A stretch of DNA of 41,298 nt from an uncultured Clostridia bacterium (GCA_947643245.1 CANRVI010000002.1:1-41298), one strand, 5' to 3'; shown: positions 18,187 to 26,906, counted from the stretch's first letter. Notes: generated from the letters alone by a model not told the origin. Made by a program: numbers and translations.

Positions 18187-19464
18187 GTGAAAGAATTTCA
18201 TGTAGAGACCAAGTGCATCCAGGAAGGCTGGAAGCCCTCCAACGGAGAAGCCCGCGTGCTTCCCATCTATCAGAGTACTACTTATAAATATGACAGCGGA
18301 GAGCATCTCGGTCAGCTGTTCGACCTGTCCGCACCCGGACATATGTATACGAGAATTTCAAACCCCACTGTAGCATGTGTGGAAGAGAAAATCGCTGCTC
18401 TAGAAGGAGGCGTAGGTGCTATGTGCACATCCTCCGGCCAGGCTGCTTCTCTGCTTTCTATTTTTAACATTACAAGTGCTGGAGAAAATTTTGTTTCCTG
18501 CTCCACCATTTACGGAGGCACCGTGAACTTGTTCGCCGTCACCATGAAGCGTATGGGTATTGAAGTGCGCTTTGCCAGACCGGACATGACAGACGAGGAA
18601 ATTCACGCTTTATTTGACGAGAAAACCCGGCTGGTATTCGGGGAAACCATCGCAAACCCTGCGCTGAACGTGCTGGATATCGAACGATTTGCCGCCATTG
18701 CACATACACATAATGTGCCGCTGATCATCGACAATACATTTGCTACACCAGTGATCTGCCGTCCTTTTGAGTTTGGTGCAGATATCGTCATCCATTCCAC
18801 CACAAAATATTTGGACGGACATGCTTCTGTAGTAGGCGGTGTCATTGTAGACAGCGGAAAATTTGACTGGCAGGCCAGCGGAAAATATCCCGAACTGACC
18901 ACACCGGACGAAAGCTATCACGGCGTAGTATACACCCGGGATTTCGGCAGCGCCGCATATATCACAAAAGCCCGTGTACAACTGATGCGGGATATGGGCA
19001 CAACTCCCCAGCCTATCGCTATGTATATTCTGAACTTGGGACTGGAAACACTGGCCCTTCGTATGGAGCGCCATTTTGAAAACGGCCTGGCCGTGGCAAA
19101 ATATTTAGAAGGGCATGATAAAATCAGTTGGGTCAACAATCCTGCACTGCCCTCGAACACACAATATGAAAGATGTCAAAAATATTTGGGCGGTAAGTCC
19201 TGCGGTGTTGTATCCTTTGGGGTGAAGGGCGGCAGAGACGCGGCTATGCGGTTTATGAATCACCTGCAGCTGGCACAGATTGTTGTACATGTTGCGGATG
19301 CACGCACCTGTGTACTCCATCCCGCATCTACTACCCATCGTCAGCTGACCGATCAGCAGCTGGTAGATGCAGGCATCGGTCCGGATTTGATCCGTATGTC
19401 GGTAGGTATAGAAAACATCAATGATATTTTGGCCGATATTGAAAACGCCCTGTCTCAGGTATAA
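18187..19464 (+). CDS. metY: O-acetylhomoserine sulfhydrylase (aminocarboxypropyltransferase), PLP-dependent
   Basis: ETKCIQEGWKPSNGEARVLPIYQSTTYKYDS and the PLP-lysine block IHSTTKYLDGH. Start set to GTG 18187, 7 nt after AGGAAAGGAAG. The tracked start at 18136 has no SD and would lie only 5 nt downstream of the predicted -10 hexamer (18125-18130), i.e. at or before the likely transcription start. Confidence 0.85.
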   Translation: MKEFHVETKCIQEGWKPSNGEARVLPIYQSTTYKYDSGEHLGQLFDLSAPGHMYTRISNPTVACVEEKIAALEGGVGAMCTSSGQAASLLSIFNITSAGENFVSCSTIYGGTVNLFAVTMKRMGIEVRFARPDMTDEEIHALFDEKTRLVFGETIANPALNVLDIERFAAIAHTHNVPLIIDNTFATPVICRPFEFGADIVIHSTTKYLDGHASVVGGVIVDSGKFDWQASGKYPELTTPDESYHGVVYTRDFGSAAYITKARVQLMRDMGTTPQPIAMYILNLGLETLALRMERHFENGLAVAKYLEGHDKISWVNNPALPSNTQYERCQKYLGGKSCGVVSFGVKGGRDAAMRFMNHLQLAQIVVHVADARTCVLHPASTTHRQLTDQQLVDAGIGPDLIRMSVGIENINDILADIENALSQV

Positions 19465-19509
19465 AAACAGATACCAAAGGCATAACTAACCATAACGGAG
19501 GATAAGCCG

Positions 19510-20433
19510 TTGCCAATTAAAATTCCAAACGCTTTGCCCGCAACGGAAACGCTGCAAAGCGAAAATATTTTCGTCATAACAGAAAATAGGGCTATCACCC
19601 AGGACATACGGCCACTGAAAATCGCCATCCTGAATCTGATGCCTACAAAAATTACCACGGAAACCCAACTCGCCCGACTCTTGGGCAATACGCCGCTGCA
19701 GGTAGAACTGGAGTTGCTGCATACAGCTACGCATATGGCACGCAATACATCCGCCGAGCATATGCTCTCTTTCTACCGTACTTGGGAGGATGTGCAGAAT
19801 GAAAAATTTGACGGCATGATTATTACCGGTGCGCCGGTAGAAAAAATGGAATTTGAAGCGGTTTCCTACTGGGACGAGTTATGCCAAGTTATGGAGTGGT
19901 CGAAAACGCACGTAACCAGCACCCTTCATATCTGTTGGGGCGCACAGGCCGGGTTGTATTATCATTATGGCATTGAAAAATATCCCCTGCCGGAAAAGCT
20001 ATCCGGGATCTTTCCGCATAAGAAGGACCGGAAAACCTCTATTCTACTGCGGGGGTTCGACGATAGTTTTATGATCCCCCACTCACGCCATACAACAGTG
20101 CAGCGGCAAGATATTGAAGCTGTGCCGGAGTTAAAAATTCTTGCCTCCGGGGAAGAGGATCGAGTAGGCGTATTCGCCGTATCCAATCAGGGCGGCAGTC
20201 AGATTTTTGTCACCGGACACCCGGAATATGACGGAGAAACCCTGAAAAGCGAATATCTGCGGGACAAGGCCGCAGGCCTTGCCCCGGCCCTGCCGGAGAA
20301 TTATTTCCCAGCCGGAGATGATACAAAGGATCCCATCGTCACTTGGCGCAGCCACGCAAACCTGCTGTATTCCAACTGGCTAAACTACTTCGTATATCAA
20401 ACCACACCTTATAACATCGAACAAATCGGTTGA
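19510..20433 (+). CDS. metA: Homoserine O-acyltransferase (MetA family; probably acetyl-transferring, given the adjacent metY)
   Basis: [11 protein letters not shown]...[20 protein letters not shown] is the typical MetA N-terminus. TTG start with GGAGGA SD. Confidence 0.9.
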   Translation: MPIKIPNALPATETLQSENIFVITENRAITQDIRPLKIAILNLMPTKITTETQLARLLGNTPLQVELELLHTATHMARNTSAEHMLSFYRTWEDVQNEKFDGMIITGAPVEKMEFEAVSYWDELCQVMEWSKTHVTSTLHICWGAQAGLYYHYGIEKYPLPEKLSGIFPHKKDRKTSILLRGFDDSFMIPHSRHTTVQRQDIEAVPELKILASGEEDRVGVFAVSNQGGSQIFVTGHPEYDGETLKSEYLRDKAAGLAPALPENYFPAGDDTKDPIVTWRSHANLLYSNWLNYFVYQTTPYNIEQIG

Positions 20434-20449
20434 ACAAAGGAGACTGGCA

Positions 20450-20710
20450 ATGGCAGATCAACCCCACGCAAAAACCCAAACCTTTTCCATTCATGACGAA
20501 AGGGACCGAACAATCCGAGATATTCTCACGGCGGTATATCAGGCGCTCCAGGAAAAAGGATACGACCCCATCAATCAGATGGTAGGATACATTCTCTCTG
20601 AGGATCCTACCTATATCACCAATCACAAAAACGCGCGGGCGCTGATTTGCCGGATTGACCGGGACGAATTGATGGGGGCCCTTGTGAAATACTATTTGGG
20701 ACTGGGCTGA
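20450..20710 (+). CDS. ireB: IreB family regulatory phosphoprotein (UPF0297)
   Basis: 86 aa. TQTFSIHDE...[34 protein letters not shown] matches the conserved UPF0297 core. AAAGGAG SD upstream. Confidence 0.8.
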   Translation: MADQPHAKTQTFSIHDERDRTIRDILTAVYQALQEKGYDPINQMVGYILSEDPTYITNHKNARALICRIDRDELMGALVKYYLGLG

Positions 20711-20740
20711 GCTCTCAAAATTGGGCAGGAGATACGGCGT

Positions 20741-21691
20741 ATGATCGTTTATAAATTATCAATAAACGCCAAGACTGGCGCCCCTGCCTACACACAGGTA
20801 GATGCGCTTCCGCCAGGCGCCGCTGTGGCCCTGGGAAATTTTGACGGGGTACACAGAGGACATCAACAGTTGTTTTCCAAGGCAAAAACCGCAGGCTGCC
20901 CCAACAGCGCTGCGTGGACGTTTACGCGCCTTGCCAAACCTGTAGACACAGTACCCTTTCTTACCGATACGAAGACCAAGCTGCGGCTTTTTGCTGCGTG
21001 CGGTTTGAATTATGCGGTTTTAGAGGATTTTGAAGCAGTACGCTCCCAGACTCCCGCCGCCTTTGCAAGGCAGTATCTTCCCGGGCAGCTTCTGGCAGGG
21101 AGTGTGATCTGCGGTTTTAACTTTCGTTTTGGAAAAGGCGGAGTAGGAGACGCGGACACCCTAAAGGCGTATCTTGACCCTGCAGGGATCTCCGTCATGA
21201 TTGAAAAACCGGTCTTATGGAAAAACCGAATTGTTTCTTCCAGCGCTATACGCAGCTGTATATTAGACGGAGATATGGACATGGCCCATGAACTTTTAGG
21301 CCATCCTTTTTCCATATCCTTTCCCGTAGTGCGGGGCAAACAGCTTGGACGAACCATTGGTATTCCCACCATCAATCAAAGCTTTCCGGCGGGGCATATC
21401 ATTCCCAAAAGTGGGATTTATGCCTGTACCTGCAATGTAGGCGAAGACATTTTTTTAGGGGTAGCCAATATTGGCGTGCGGCCCACAGTTACGGGAGGGC
21501 ATGTTCCGGTAAATTGTGAAACCCATATTATTGACTATAACGGACTTCTATACGGAAAAGAAATTCAGGTGAATTTTTTTCACCGTCTGCGGGATGAGAT
21601 TCGATTTGCAGATATCTCAGAGTTGAAGGCGCAAGTGCAGCGCGATATACAAACCACAATTCATTATTTCGAAACTACATATGGCGGCTGA
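20741..21691 (+). CDS. ribF: Bifunctional riboflavin kinase / FAD synthetase
   Basis: ALGNFDGVHRGHQQL (FMN adenylyltransferase motif) and a C-terminal riboflavin kinase block (GRTIGIPTIN, GVANIGVRPT). Confidence 0.9.
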   Translation: MIVYKLSINAKTGAPAYTQVDALPPGAAVALGNFDGVHRGHQQLFSKAKTAGCPNSAAWTFTRLAKPVDTVPFLTDTKTKLRLFAACGLNYAVLEDFEAVRSQTPAAFARQYLPGQLLAGSVICGFNFRFGKGGVGDADTLKAYLDPAGISVMIEKPVLWKNRIVSSSAIRSCILDGDMDMAHELLGHPFSISFPVVRGKQLGRTIGIPTINQSFPAGHIIPKSGIYACTCNVGEDIFLGVANIGVRPTVTGGHVPVNCETHIIDYNGLLYGKEIQVNFFHRLRDEIRFADISELKAQVQRDIQTTIHYFETTYGG

Positions 21692-21708
21692 TGTCGCCCC
21701 GCTTGCAG

Positions 21709-21732
21709 CGCATCCGCTATGGATGCGTTTCT
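21709..21732 (+). terminator. Weak rho-independent terminator after ribF
   Basis: CGCATCC (21709-21715), loop GCTAT, GGATGCG (21721-21727), then TTTCT. Confidence 0.5.
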
Positions 21733-21756
21733 ATGTAAGAAAGGAGATAGAATCCA

Positions 21757-23067
21757 ATGCATAAAAAGAAAAGGCTTGCAGTAATCCTGATGTTCGCGAT
21801 ACTCTTTGCAGCAGGCGCCGTCCTCCTGTGCGCGCCGGTTGTGGCGCTGGAGGAACCTACTGTTTCCAACGCAAAAGGGATCTATCTCTACAATTTGGAA
21901 AACAATCAGGCAGTCTTTTCACTAAATGCCGAAGAAAAACTTTATCCCACCTCTACTGTCAAGATTATGACAGGCATTCTCGCCATAGAAAATCTATCCG
22001 ACAGACTGAATGAAAATATTACTGTAACAGCAGAAATGACGGCAGCGGTACGAGGGAACAATATTGGACTTGCAGCAGGTGAAGTGGTTACCATAGACAG
22101 CATGATCCGGGCGCTTCTGGTCAATGGTGCGAACGACGCAGCCTATGTGCTGGCTCATACCATATCTGGTTCGACTGAAGAATTTGTAATGTTGATGAAC
22201 ACAAAGGCCAAGGAACTGGGCGCCCATCATACTTACTATACCAATCCTACTGGGATGCACGATGAAAATATGTATTCTACTGCGGCAGATACGGCACAAA
22301 TCGCCAAATACGCTTACAGTCTGGATTTATTTATGGAGGCCACCTCATCTGTGCGGTATGTTATGCCCGCAACCAATCGTTCCGAGGCACGTACACTTCA
22401 TAACCGCAATTGCCTCTTGTCTGTATATTATGATAAAAATTATTATAACGAGCAGGCTCGTGGTATGAATGCGGGCTCTACTCCAGAAGGGGGGCACAGC
22501 GTTGTAACTGCCGCCACAGACGGAGAGCTGACCTATATCTCGGTGGTGATGGGAGCAGATACAATAGAGGGAAAGGTTTATTCCTACATTAATACAACAA
22601 ATTTGCTGGACTGGGCCTTTGATTCCTTTACATATACCCAAGTTCTCTCTCCCGAACAGATCGTGTGCGAAATTCCCGTTACACTATCTACGGCGGTAGA
22701 CTATGTAACGCTAGTATCAACAGATACGCTGCGGGTATATCTCCCTTCTGATATAAATGTAGAAGAAGAAATTGAAATCAGCTATATTACAAATAGTGAA
22801 TCACTGCAGGCCCCCGTTCACGAGGGACAGGTAGTAGGCAGTGTCACAGCCATCTATGACGGTGAAGTCATTGGTACTTCCCAGCTTGTTGCTACTACAG
22901 ATGTATCCAGAAGCGACCTGCTGTATGGGCTTCACAAAATTGAACAGTTTACAAAGAGCCGTTTCTTTATCGCTGCGCTGATTTCCGCAATTATTTTTAC
23001 ATTAATATATATTTTTGGCACAGCAATTCTACGTCAAAAGAAAGGAAAAAAGCGAATGCGGTTTTAA
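21757..23067 (+). CDS. PBP5-like (S11 family) D-alanyl-D-alanine carboxypeptidase homologue with degenerate motifs 2 and 3
   Basis: Signal/TM N-terminus. SxxK retained (YPTSTVKIMT). The expected SxN position reads GAN (LLVNGANDAA, 22126-22134) and the expected KTG position reads NAG (GMNAGST, 22468-22476). C-terminal TM anchor and basic tail. Confidence 0.8.
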   Translation: MHKKKRLAVILMFAILFAAGAVLLCAPVVALEEPTVSNAKGIYLYNLENNQAVFSLNAEEKLYPTSTVKIMTGILAIENLSDRLNENITVTAEMTAAVRGNNIGLAAGEVVTIDSMIRALLVNGANDAAYVLAHTISGSTEEFVMLMNTKAKELGAHHTYYTNPTGMHDENMYSTAADTAQIAKYAYSLDLFMEATSSVRYVMPATNRSEARTLHNRNCLLSVYYDKNYYNEQARGMNAGSTPEGGHSVVTAATDGELTYISVVMGADTIEGKVYSYINTTNLLDWAFDSFTYTQVLSPEQIVCEIPVTLSTAVDYVTLVSTDTLRVYLPSDINVEEEIEISYITNSESLQAPVHEGQVVGSVTAIYDGEVIGTSQLVATTDVSRSDLLYGLHKIEQFTKSRFFIAALISAIIFTLIYIFGTAILRQKKGKKRMRF

Positions 23068-23097
23068 GCCGCTCCCGTTGCTTTGCTTCCAATACCC

Positions 23098-24714
23098 ATG
23101 AAACGAAAACATTTGGCTCCCGTAGTCCTTCTGCTGTATTTATGCAGTCTTTTCCTGTGGAGCGGTTGTACGATTCAAGCAGAATACTTGATCGGAGACG
23201 TAAACGGAGATGGAATTGTAGACATGCGGGATGCATGTGCTCTGCATCGATACTTGTCCGGCCGATTCACTCCTATCTCTGCGAAAAACGCAGATTTAAG
23301 CTTTGACGGAGCAATTACAGATATAGATGCCGAGGTTCTGCGCCAGTATCTTGCAGGAATCAGTAATCCAGGCACCCGGTACGCTGCTATCACCATTAAT
23401 GGCGTGGAACTGAATGCATATCAGATCGTAGTATCCAAAAGCGACGGAGACTTTTCCTATTGGGCGGCAGATCAGCTTAGCGATACATTGGAAAACTTCT
23501 GCGGTGTGCGTCTGCCCATTGTTACAGACGATAAAGCGGAAACGGAATATGAGATTCTCATCGGTAATACGAATCTGATAGTCACTGAGGACAGCGCAGA
23601 GTTTCCCGCATTATCCTATATGATCTATGCAGAGGATACCAAAATTGTACTTTTAGGGCCCAATTTTATGGTTGGCGGCGGTGTGGGGTTTCTTACACAT
23701 GAACTGCTGCGCAGCAGTGATGCCTGGAACACACAAGTCGATATTACCATTCCCACAGAGAAACAAATACAAAAATACCATCCGCAAGCCGCGCAAAGCG
23801 TCATTCTAATCATTGGAGACGGCATGGGGCAAAACCATATCCAAATGGCCTGCGATCCAGAAGCGTACGTGCGAGACGAGGAGGGAATGGAAATGCCCGC
23901 TTCCAAAGAGGCTATCGAAACCTTTTGGGCGGCGCAGTTCCCGGTAGCGGGAACTGCTGCCACAAATAATATACTTGGTGGGGTGACAGACTCATCCGCA
24001 TCGGCTACAGCGTTGGCTACCGGTTGGAAAACCCGCAACGGCGTAATCGGTATGCGTCCAAATGCATTTTTAGGCGGCGAAACCGAGTCCCTACGTTCTG
24101 TACAAAATGTGCGGGAGCTTGCTTCCCTTTCCGGGAAAACCACGGCAATTCTTTCTACAGACAGAATTACCGGAGCGACCCCCAACAGTTTTTTGGTACA
24201 TCACAGCTACCGGTTTGATTACAATATTATAGAACAGCAGCAAGAGGCTCTTTCGGAAAGCGAGCTTGCATGTGATTTCCTTTGGTGCAGCTACGACGAC
24301 AATGCATTTTTGAGCCAGTTGCAGAAAGCCCTTCATGCAGCAGCCTCCAACAATAGCGGCTTTTTTCTAATGGCAGAGGAAGCCATGATAGACAAATATG
24401 CCACCAAGCTGGACTACAACGAAACCATTCGTACCGTTTCCAGGCTGAACGACTGTGTCGCCTATGCGGCTCTTACAGCAGTCTGTCATCCGGATATTGC
24501 TGTAATTGTGACTGCGGATCATGAAACCGGAGGTCTGACTGTTTCAGAGGATGGGGTCTATACCTGGACCTCTGACGGGGAGCACACGGGTACACCTGTA
24601 CCGGTATATGCAATTGGCGCTGGTACTGAAATGTTTCACAGTACCCTTGTAGAAAATACGGATATTGCCAAATACATTGCGTCTGTATTTGGTGCCTCCT
24701 CTTTTGGAGGATAG
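23098..24714 (+). CDS. Secreted or lipid-anchored alkaline phosphatase with an N-terminal dockerin and an intervening alpha/beta module
   Basis: Signal peptide MKRKHLAPVVLLLYLCSLFLWSGC. Dockerin duplicate DVNGDGIVDMRD / DLSFDGAITDID. PhoA-family blocks ILIIGDGMGQNH, VTDSSASATALATG (Ser nucleophile), GATP, EEAMIDK, VTADHETGG, EHTGTPVPVYA. No SD upstream of either candidate start (TTG 23083 or ATG 23098). Confidence 0.75.
   Translation: MKRKHLAPVVLLLYLCSLFLWSGCTIQAEYLIGDVNGDGIVDMRDACALHRYLSGRFTPISAKNADLSFDGAITDIDAEVLRQYLAGISNPGTRYAAITINGVELNAYQIVVSKSDGDFSYWAADQLSDTLENFCGVRLPIVTDDKAETEYEILIGNTNLIVTEDSAEFPALSYMIYAEDTKIVLLGPNFMVGGGVGFLTHELLRSSDAWNTQVDITIPTEKQIQKYHPQAAQSVILIIGDGMGQNHIQMACDPEAYVRDEEGMEMPASKEAIETFWAAQFPVAGTAATNNILGGVTDSSASATALATGWKTRNGVIGMRPNAFLGGETESLRSVQNVRELASLSGKTTAILSTDRITGATPNSFLVHHSYRFDYNIIEQQQEALSESELACDFLWCSYDDNAFLSQLQKALHAAASNNSGFFLMAEEAMIDKYATKLDYNETIRTVSRLNDCVAYAALTAVCHPDIAVIVTADHETGGLTVSEDGVYTWTSDGEHTGTPVPVYAIGAGTEMFHSTLVENTDIAKYIASVFGASSFGG
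23194..23358 (+). other. Dockerin type-I-like module (two EF-hand-like Ca loops plus helices)
   Basis: GDVNGDGIVDMRDACALHRYLSG...NADLSFDGAITDIDAEVLRQYLAG. Confidence 0.75.
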
Positions 24715-24759
24715 AAAAAACGGAGCTTAAACAGTTACACTGCTTAAGCTCCGTTTTTT
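24715..24759. terminator. Bidirectional rho-independent terminator
   Basis: 10-bp stem CGGAGCTTAA (24721-24730) with TTAAGCTCCG (24744-24753), flanked by A6 and T6. Confidence 0.85.
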
Positions 24760-24762
24760 AAG

Positions 24763-25200
24763 TTACCCGTGAGCGTTTTCATAAGCCTGTCTGATACTCT
24801 CCGGCATATCCTCCGGCTGCATAGACTGCAGACGTGCTTCATTTCCCTCTCGAATCGCCTCTTCATAATACCAGCACTTATAGGAAAGCATGTCCAACAC
24901 ACGGTTCATACGTTCTATCTCCGCTTCTACGCTGGCTTTTTGCTTAAGAAAAAGCTCCCTGCGCAGGGCATATGTCTGCGGGCCCTGTGCACACCACTCC
25001 ATAAATTGCTTAATTTCTTTGATCTCCATACCTGATTTTTTCAGACACTCAATTACCCGAATTGCCTCTATTTCCTTTTCATCAAACTGACGAACCCCGG
25101 AAACCCGTTTGATGTTCGGAAATAATCCCTCTTTGTCGTAATAACGCAAAGTGGAAACAGGCAATCCAAACAGCTGCGATACTTGACCGATAGTATACAT
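24763..25200 (-). CDS. MerR-family transcriptional regulator, NmlR/AdhR-like (single conserved Cys52)
   Basis: MYTIGQVSQLFGLPVSTLRYYDKEGLF is a MerR HTH. A coiled-coil dimerisation helix follows. Cys at position 52 (VIECLKKSGM). No metal-binding Cys cluster. Confidence 0.85.
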   Translation of the reverse strand: MYTIGQVSQLFGLPVSTLRYYDKEGLFPNIKRVSGVRQFDEKEIEAIRVIECLKKSGMEIKEIKQFMEWCAQGPQTYALRRELFLKQKASVEAEIERMNRVLDMLSYKCWYYEEAIREGNEARLQSMQPEDMPESIRQAYENAHG

Positions 25201-25242
25201 GATGCACCCTTTTCATTTTTTAAAAAAATTTTCAAAAAGGTA

Positions 25243-25273
25243 TTGACCTAAAGTTAAGTTTAGGGTTTATACT
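25243..25273 (+). promoter_or_regulatory. MerR-type promoter/operator (19-bp spacer with a central palindrome)
   Basis: TTGACC (25243-25248), 19-bp spacer, TATACT (25268-25273). The spacer holds the 18-bp near-palindrome CCTAAAGTTAAGTTTAGG (25247-25264, 8 of 9 pairs). Confidence 0.65.
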
Positions 25274-25326
25274 AATTGTATCAAAGAAAAGCTACCCTGT
25301 CAATCATATTTTACGGAGGCTTAAAA

Positions 25327-25869
25327 ATGGCAAAAAACGTTTTGATTATCAGTACCAGTTTGCGCAGCAGGAGCAATTCGGAAGCTCTTGCAGATGCTTT
25401 TCTTGCAGGGGCAAAAGCCGCGGGAAACACTGTAGAAAAAGTTACGCTGCAGCAAAAAAATCTATTCTTTTGTAAGGGCTGTCTGGCCTGTCAAAAGCAA
25501 AAAACATGCGTAATACAGGATGATGCTGGAGAAATTGTAGAAAAAATGCGGAAGGCGGATATAATCGCTTTTGCAACCCCCATTTATTATTATGAAATGA
25601 GCGGCCAGATGAAAACATTGCTGGACCGGGCAAATTCACTGTATTCCTCTGATTACGCATTTCAAGATATTTATATGCTCACAGCGGCGGCGGAAGATGA
25701 ATCCCATGTACCGGAGCGGGCAATTAGTGGGCTGCAGGGATGGATCGACTGTTTTGAAAAGGCTGCACTTGCCGGCACGGTATTTGCTGGCGGAGTAAAC
25801 GCCCCTGGAACAATTGATGGTCATCCGGCATTAGAAAAAGCGTACACCATGGGAATTACAATTCAATAA
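25327..25869 (+). CDS. Flavodoxin-like NAD(P)H-dependent FMN reductase family protein
   Basis: MAKNVLIISTSLRSRSNSEALA, ADIIAFATPIYYYEMSGQMKTLLDR and a CKGCLAC segment are typical of NADPH-dependent FMN reductase / iron-sulfur flavoprotein relatives. GGAGG SD before ATG 25327. Confidence 0.8.
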   Translation: MAKNVLIISTSLRSRSNSEALADAFLAGAKAAGNTVEKVTLQQKNLFFCKGCLACQKQKTCVIQDDAGEIVEKMRKADIIAFATPIYYYEMSGQMKTLLDRANSLYSSDYAFQDIYMLTAAAEDESHVPERAISGLQGWIDCFEKAALAGTVFAGGVNAPGTIDGHPALEKAYTMGITIQ

Positions 25870-25883
25870 AGGAGGCTTTTGAT

Positions 25884-26858
25884 ATGAAAGAAAATTTAAT
25901 TTTAGACAAAGAATGGGACAAAACATTTCCTCAAAGTGACAAGGTACACCATAGAAAGATTACGTTTCACAATCGGTATGGTATCACCTTGGCTGCCGAT
26001 TTGTATAAACCTAAAAAGTCGTCTAAAGAAAAACTGCCCGCCCTTGCAGTTTGCGGTCCATTCGGCGCTGTAAAGGAGCAGGCCGCCGGTTTATACGCAC
26101 AAGCAATGGCCGAGAGAGGATTTATTACAATTGCCTTTGATCCCTCTTTTATAGGAGAAAGCGGAGGGAGTCCCCGCTATGTTGCCTCTCCGGATATCAA
26201 TACAGAAGACTTCCAGGCCGCTGTAGACTTTCTGTCCGTCCAGGATACGGTGAACCCAGAAAAAATCGGTGTTCTTGGTATTTGCGGATGGGGCGGCATG
26301 GCACTGAATGCAGCTGCAACCGATACACGGATTCGGGCGACCGTGGCTGTAACTATGTATGACATGACCCGTGTAAATGCAAAAGGATATTTTGATGCGG
26401 AAGACAGTGCGGATATGCGCTATGAAAAACGCAAAGCTTTAAATGCACAGAGAACCGTAGATTACAGAAATGGAAGCTATGCAAGAGCGGGAGGAGTTGT
26501 AAACCCGCTGCCTGCAGATGCGCCTTTCTTCGTAAAGGATTATTACAATTATTATAAAACAAATCGTGGGTATCATAAAAGATCTCTTAACTCCAACGAG
26601 GGCTGGAATACAACATCTGCCCTGTCCTTTTTAAACATGCCTATTTTGCAGTACAGCAGTGAAATACGTAGTGCCGTACTACTTGTGCACGGAGAAAAGG
26701 CGCATTCCTGCTATTTCAGCAAGGACGCTTTTGAAAAGCTGACAGGAGATAATAAAAAGCTATTGATTGTTCCAGGGGCTGTGCATACAGATTTATACGA
26801 TAATACAGACATGATCCCCTTTGATACAATTACAGACTTTTTGATAGAACATATGTAA
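25884..26858 (+). CDS. Alpha/beta hydrolase with a Gly-x-Cys-x-Gly nucleophile elbow (dienelactone-hydrolase-like)
   Basis: Overall alpha/beta hydrolase layout. The elbow reads GVLGICGWGG (Cys where Ser is usual). C-terminal LLIVPGAVHTDLYD is a plausible catalytic His block. AAAGGAGG SD upstream. Confidence 0.7.
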   Translation: MKENLILDKEWDKTFPQSDKVHHRKITFHNRYGITLAADLYKPKKSSKEKLPALAVCGPFGAVKEQAAGLYAQAMAERGFITIAFDPSFIGESGGSPRYVASPDINTEDFQAAVDFLSVQDTVNPEKIGVLGICGWGGMALNAAATDTRIRATVAVTMYDMTRVNAKGYFDAEDSADMRYEKRKALNAQRTVDYRNGSYARAGGVVNPLPADAPFFVKDYYNYYKTNRGYHKRSLNSNEGWNTTSALSFLNMPILQYSSEIRSAVLLVHGEKAHSCYFSKDAFEKLTGDNKKLLIVPGAVHTDLYDNTDMIPFDTITDFLIEHM

Positions 26859-26874
26859 TGGCGGAAAAAGGAAT

Positions 26875-26906
26875 AAAAAGGGACAGCTTTTCTGCTGTCC
26901 CTTTTT
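26875..26906. terminator. Bidirectional rho-independent terminator
   Basis: GGGACAGC (26880-26887), 6-nt loop, GCTGTCCC (26894-26901), flanked by A5 and T5. Confidence 0.8.
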
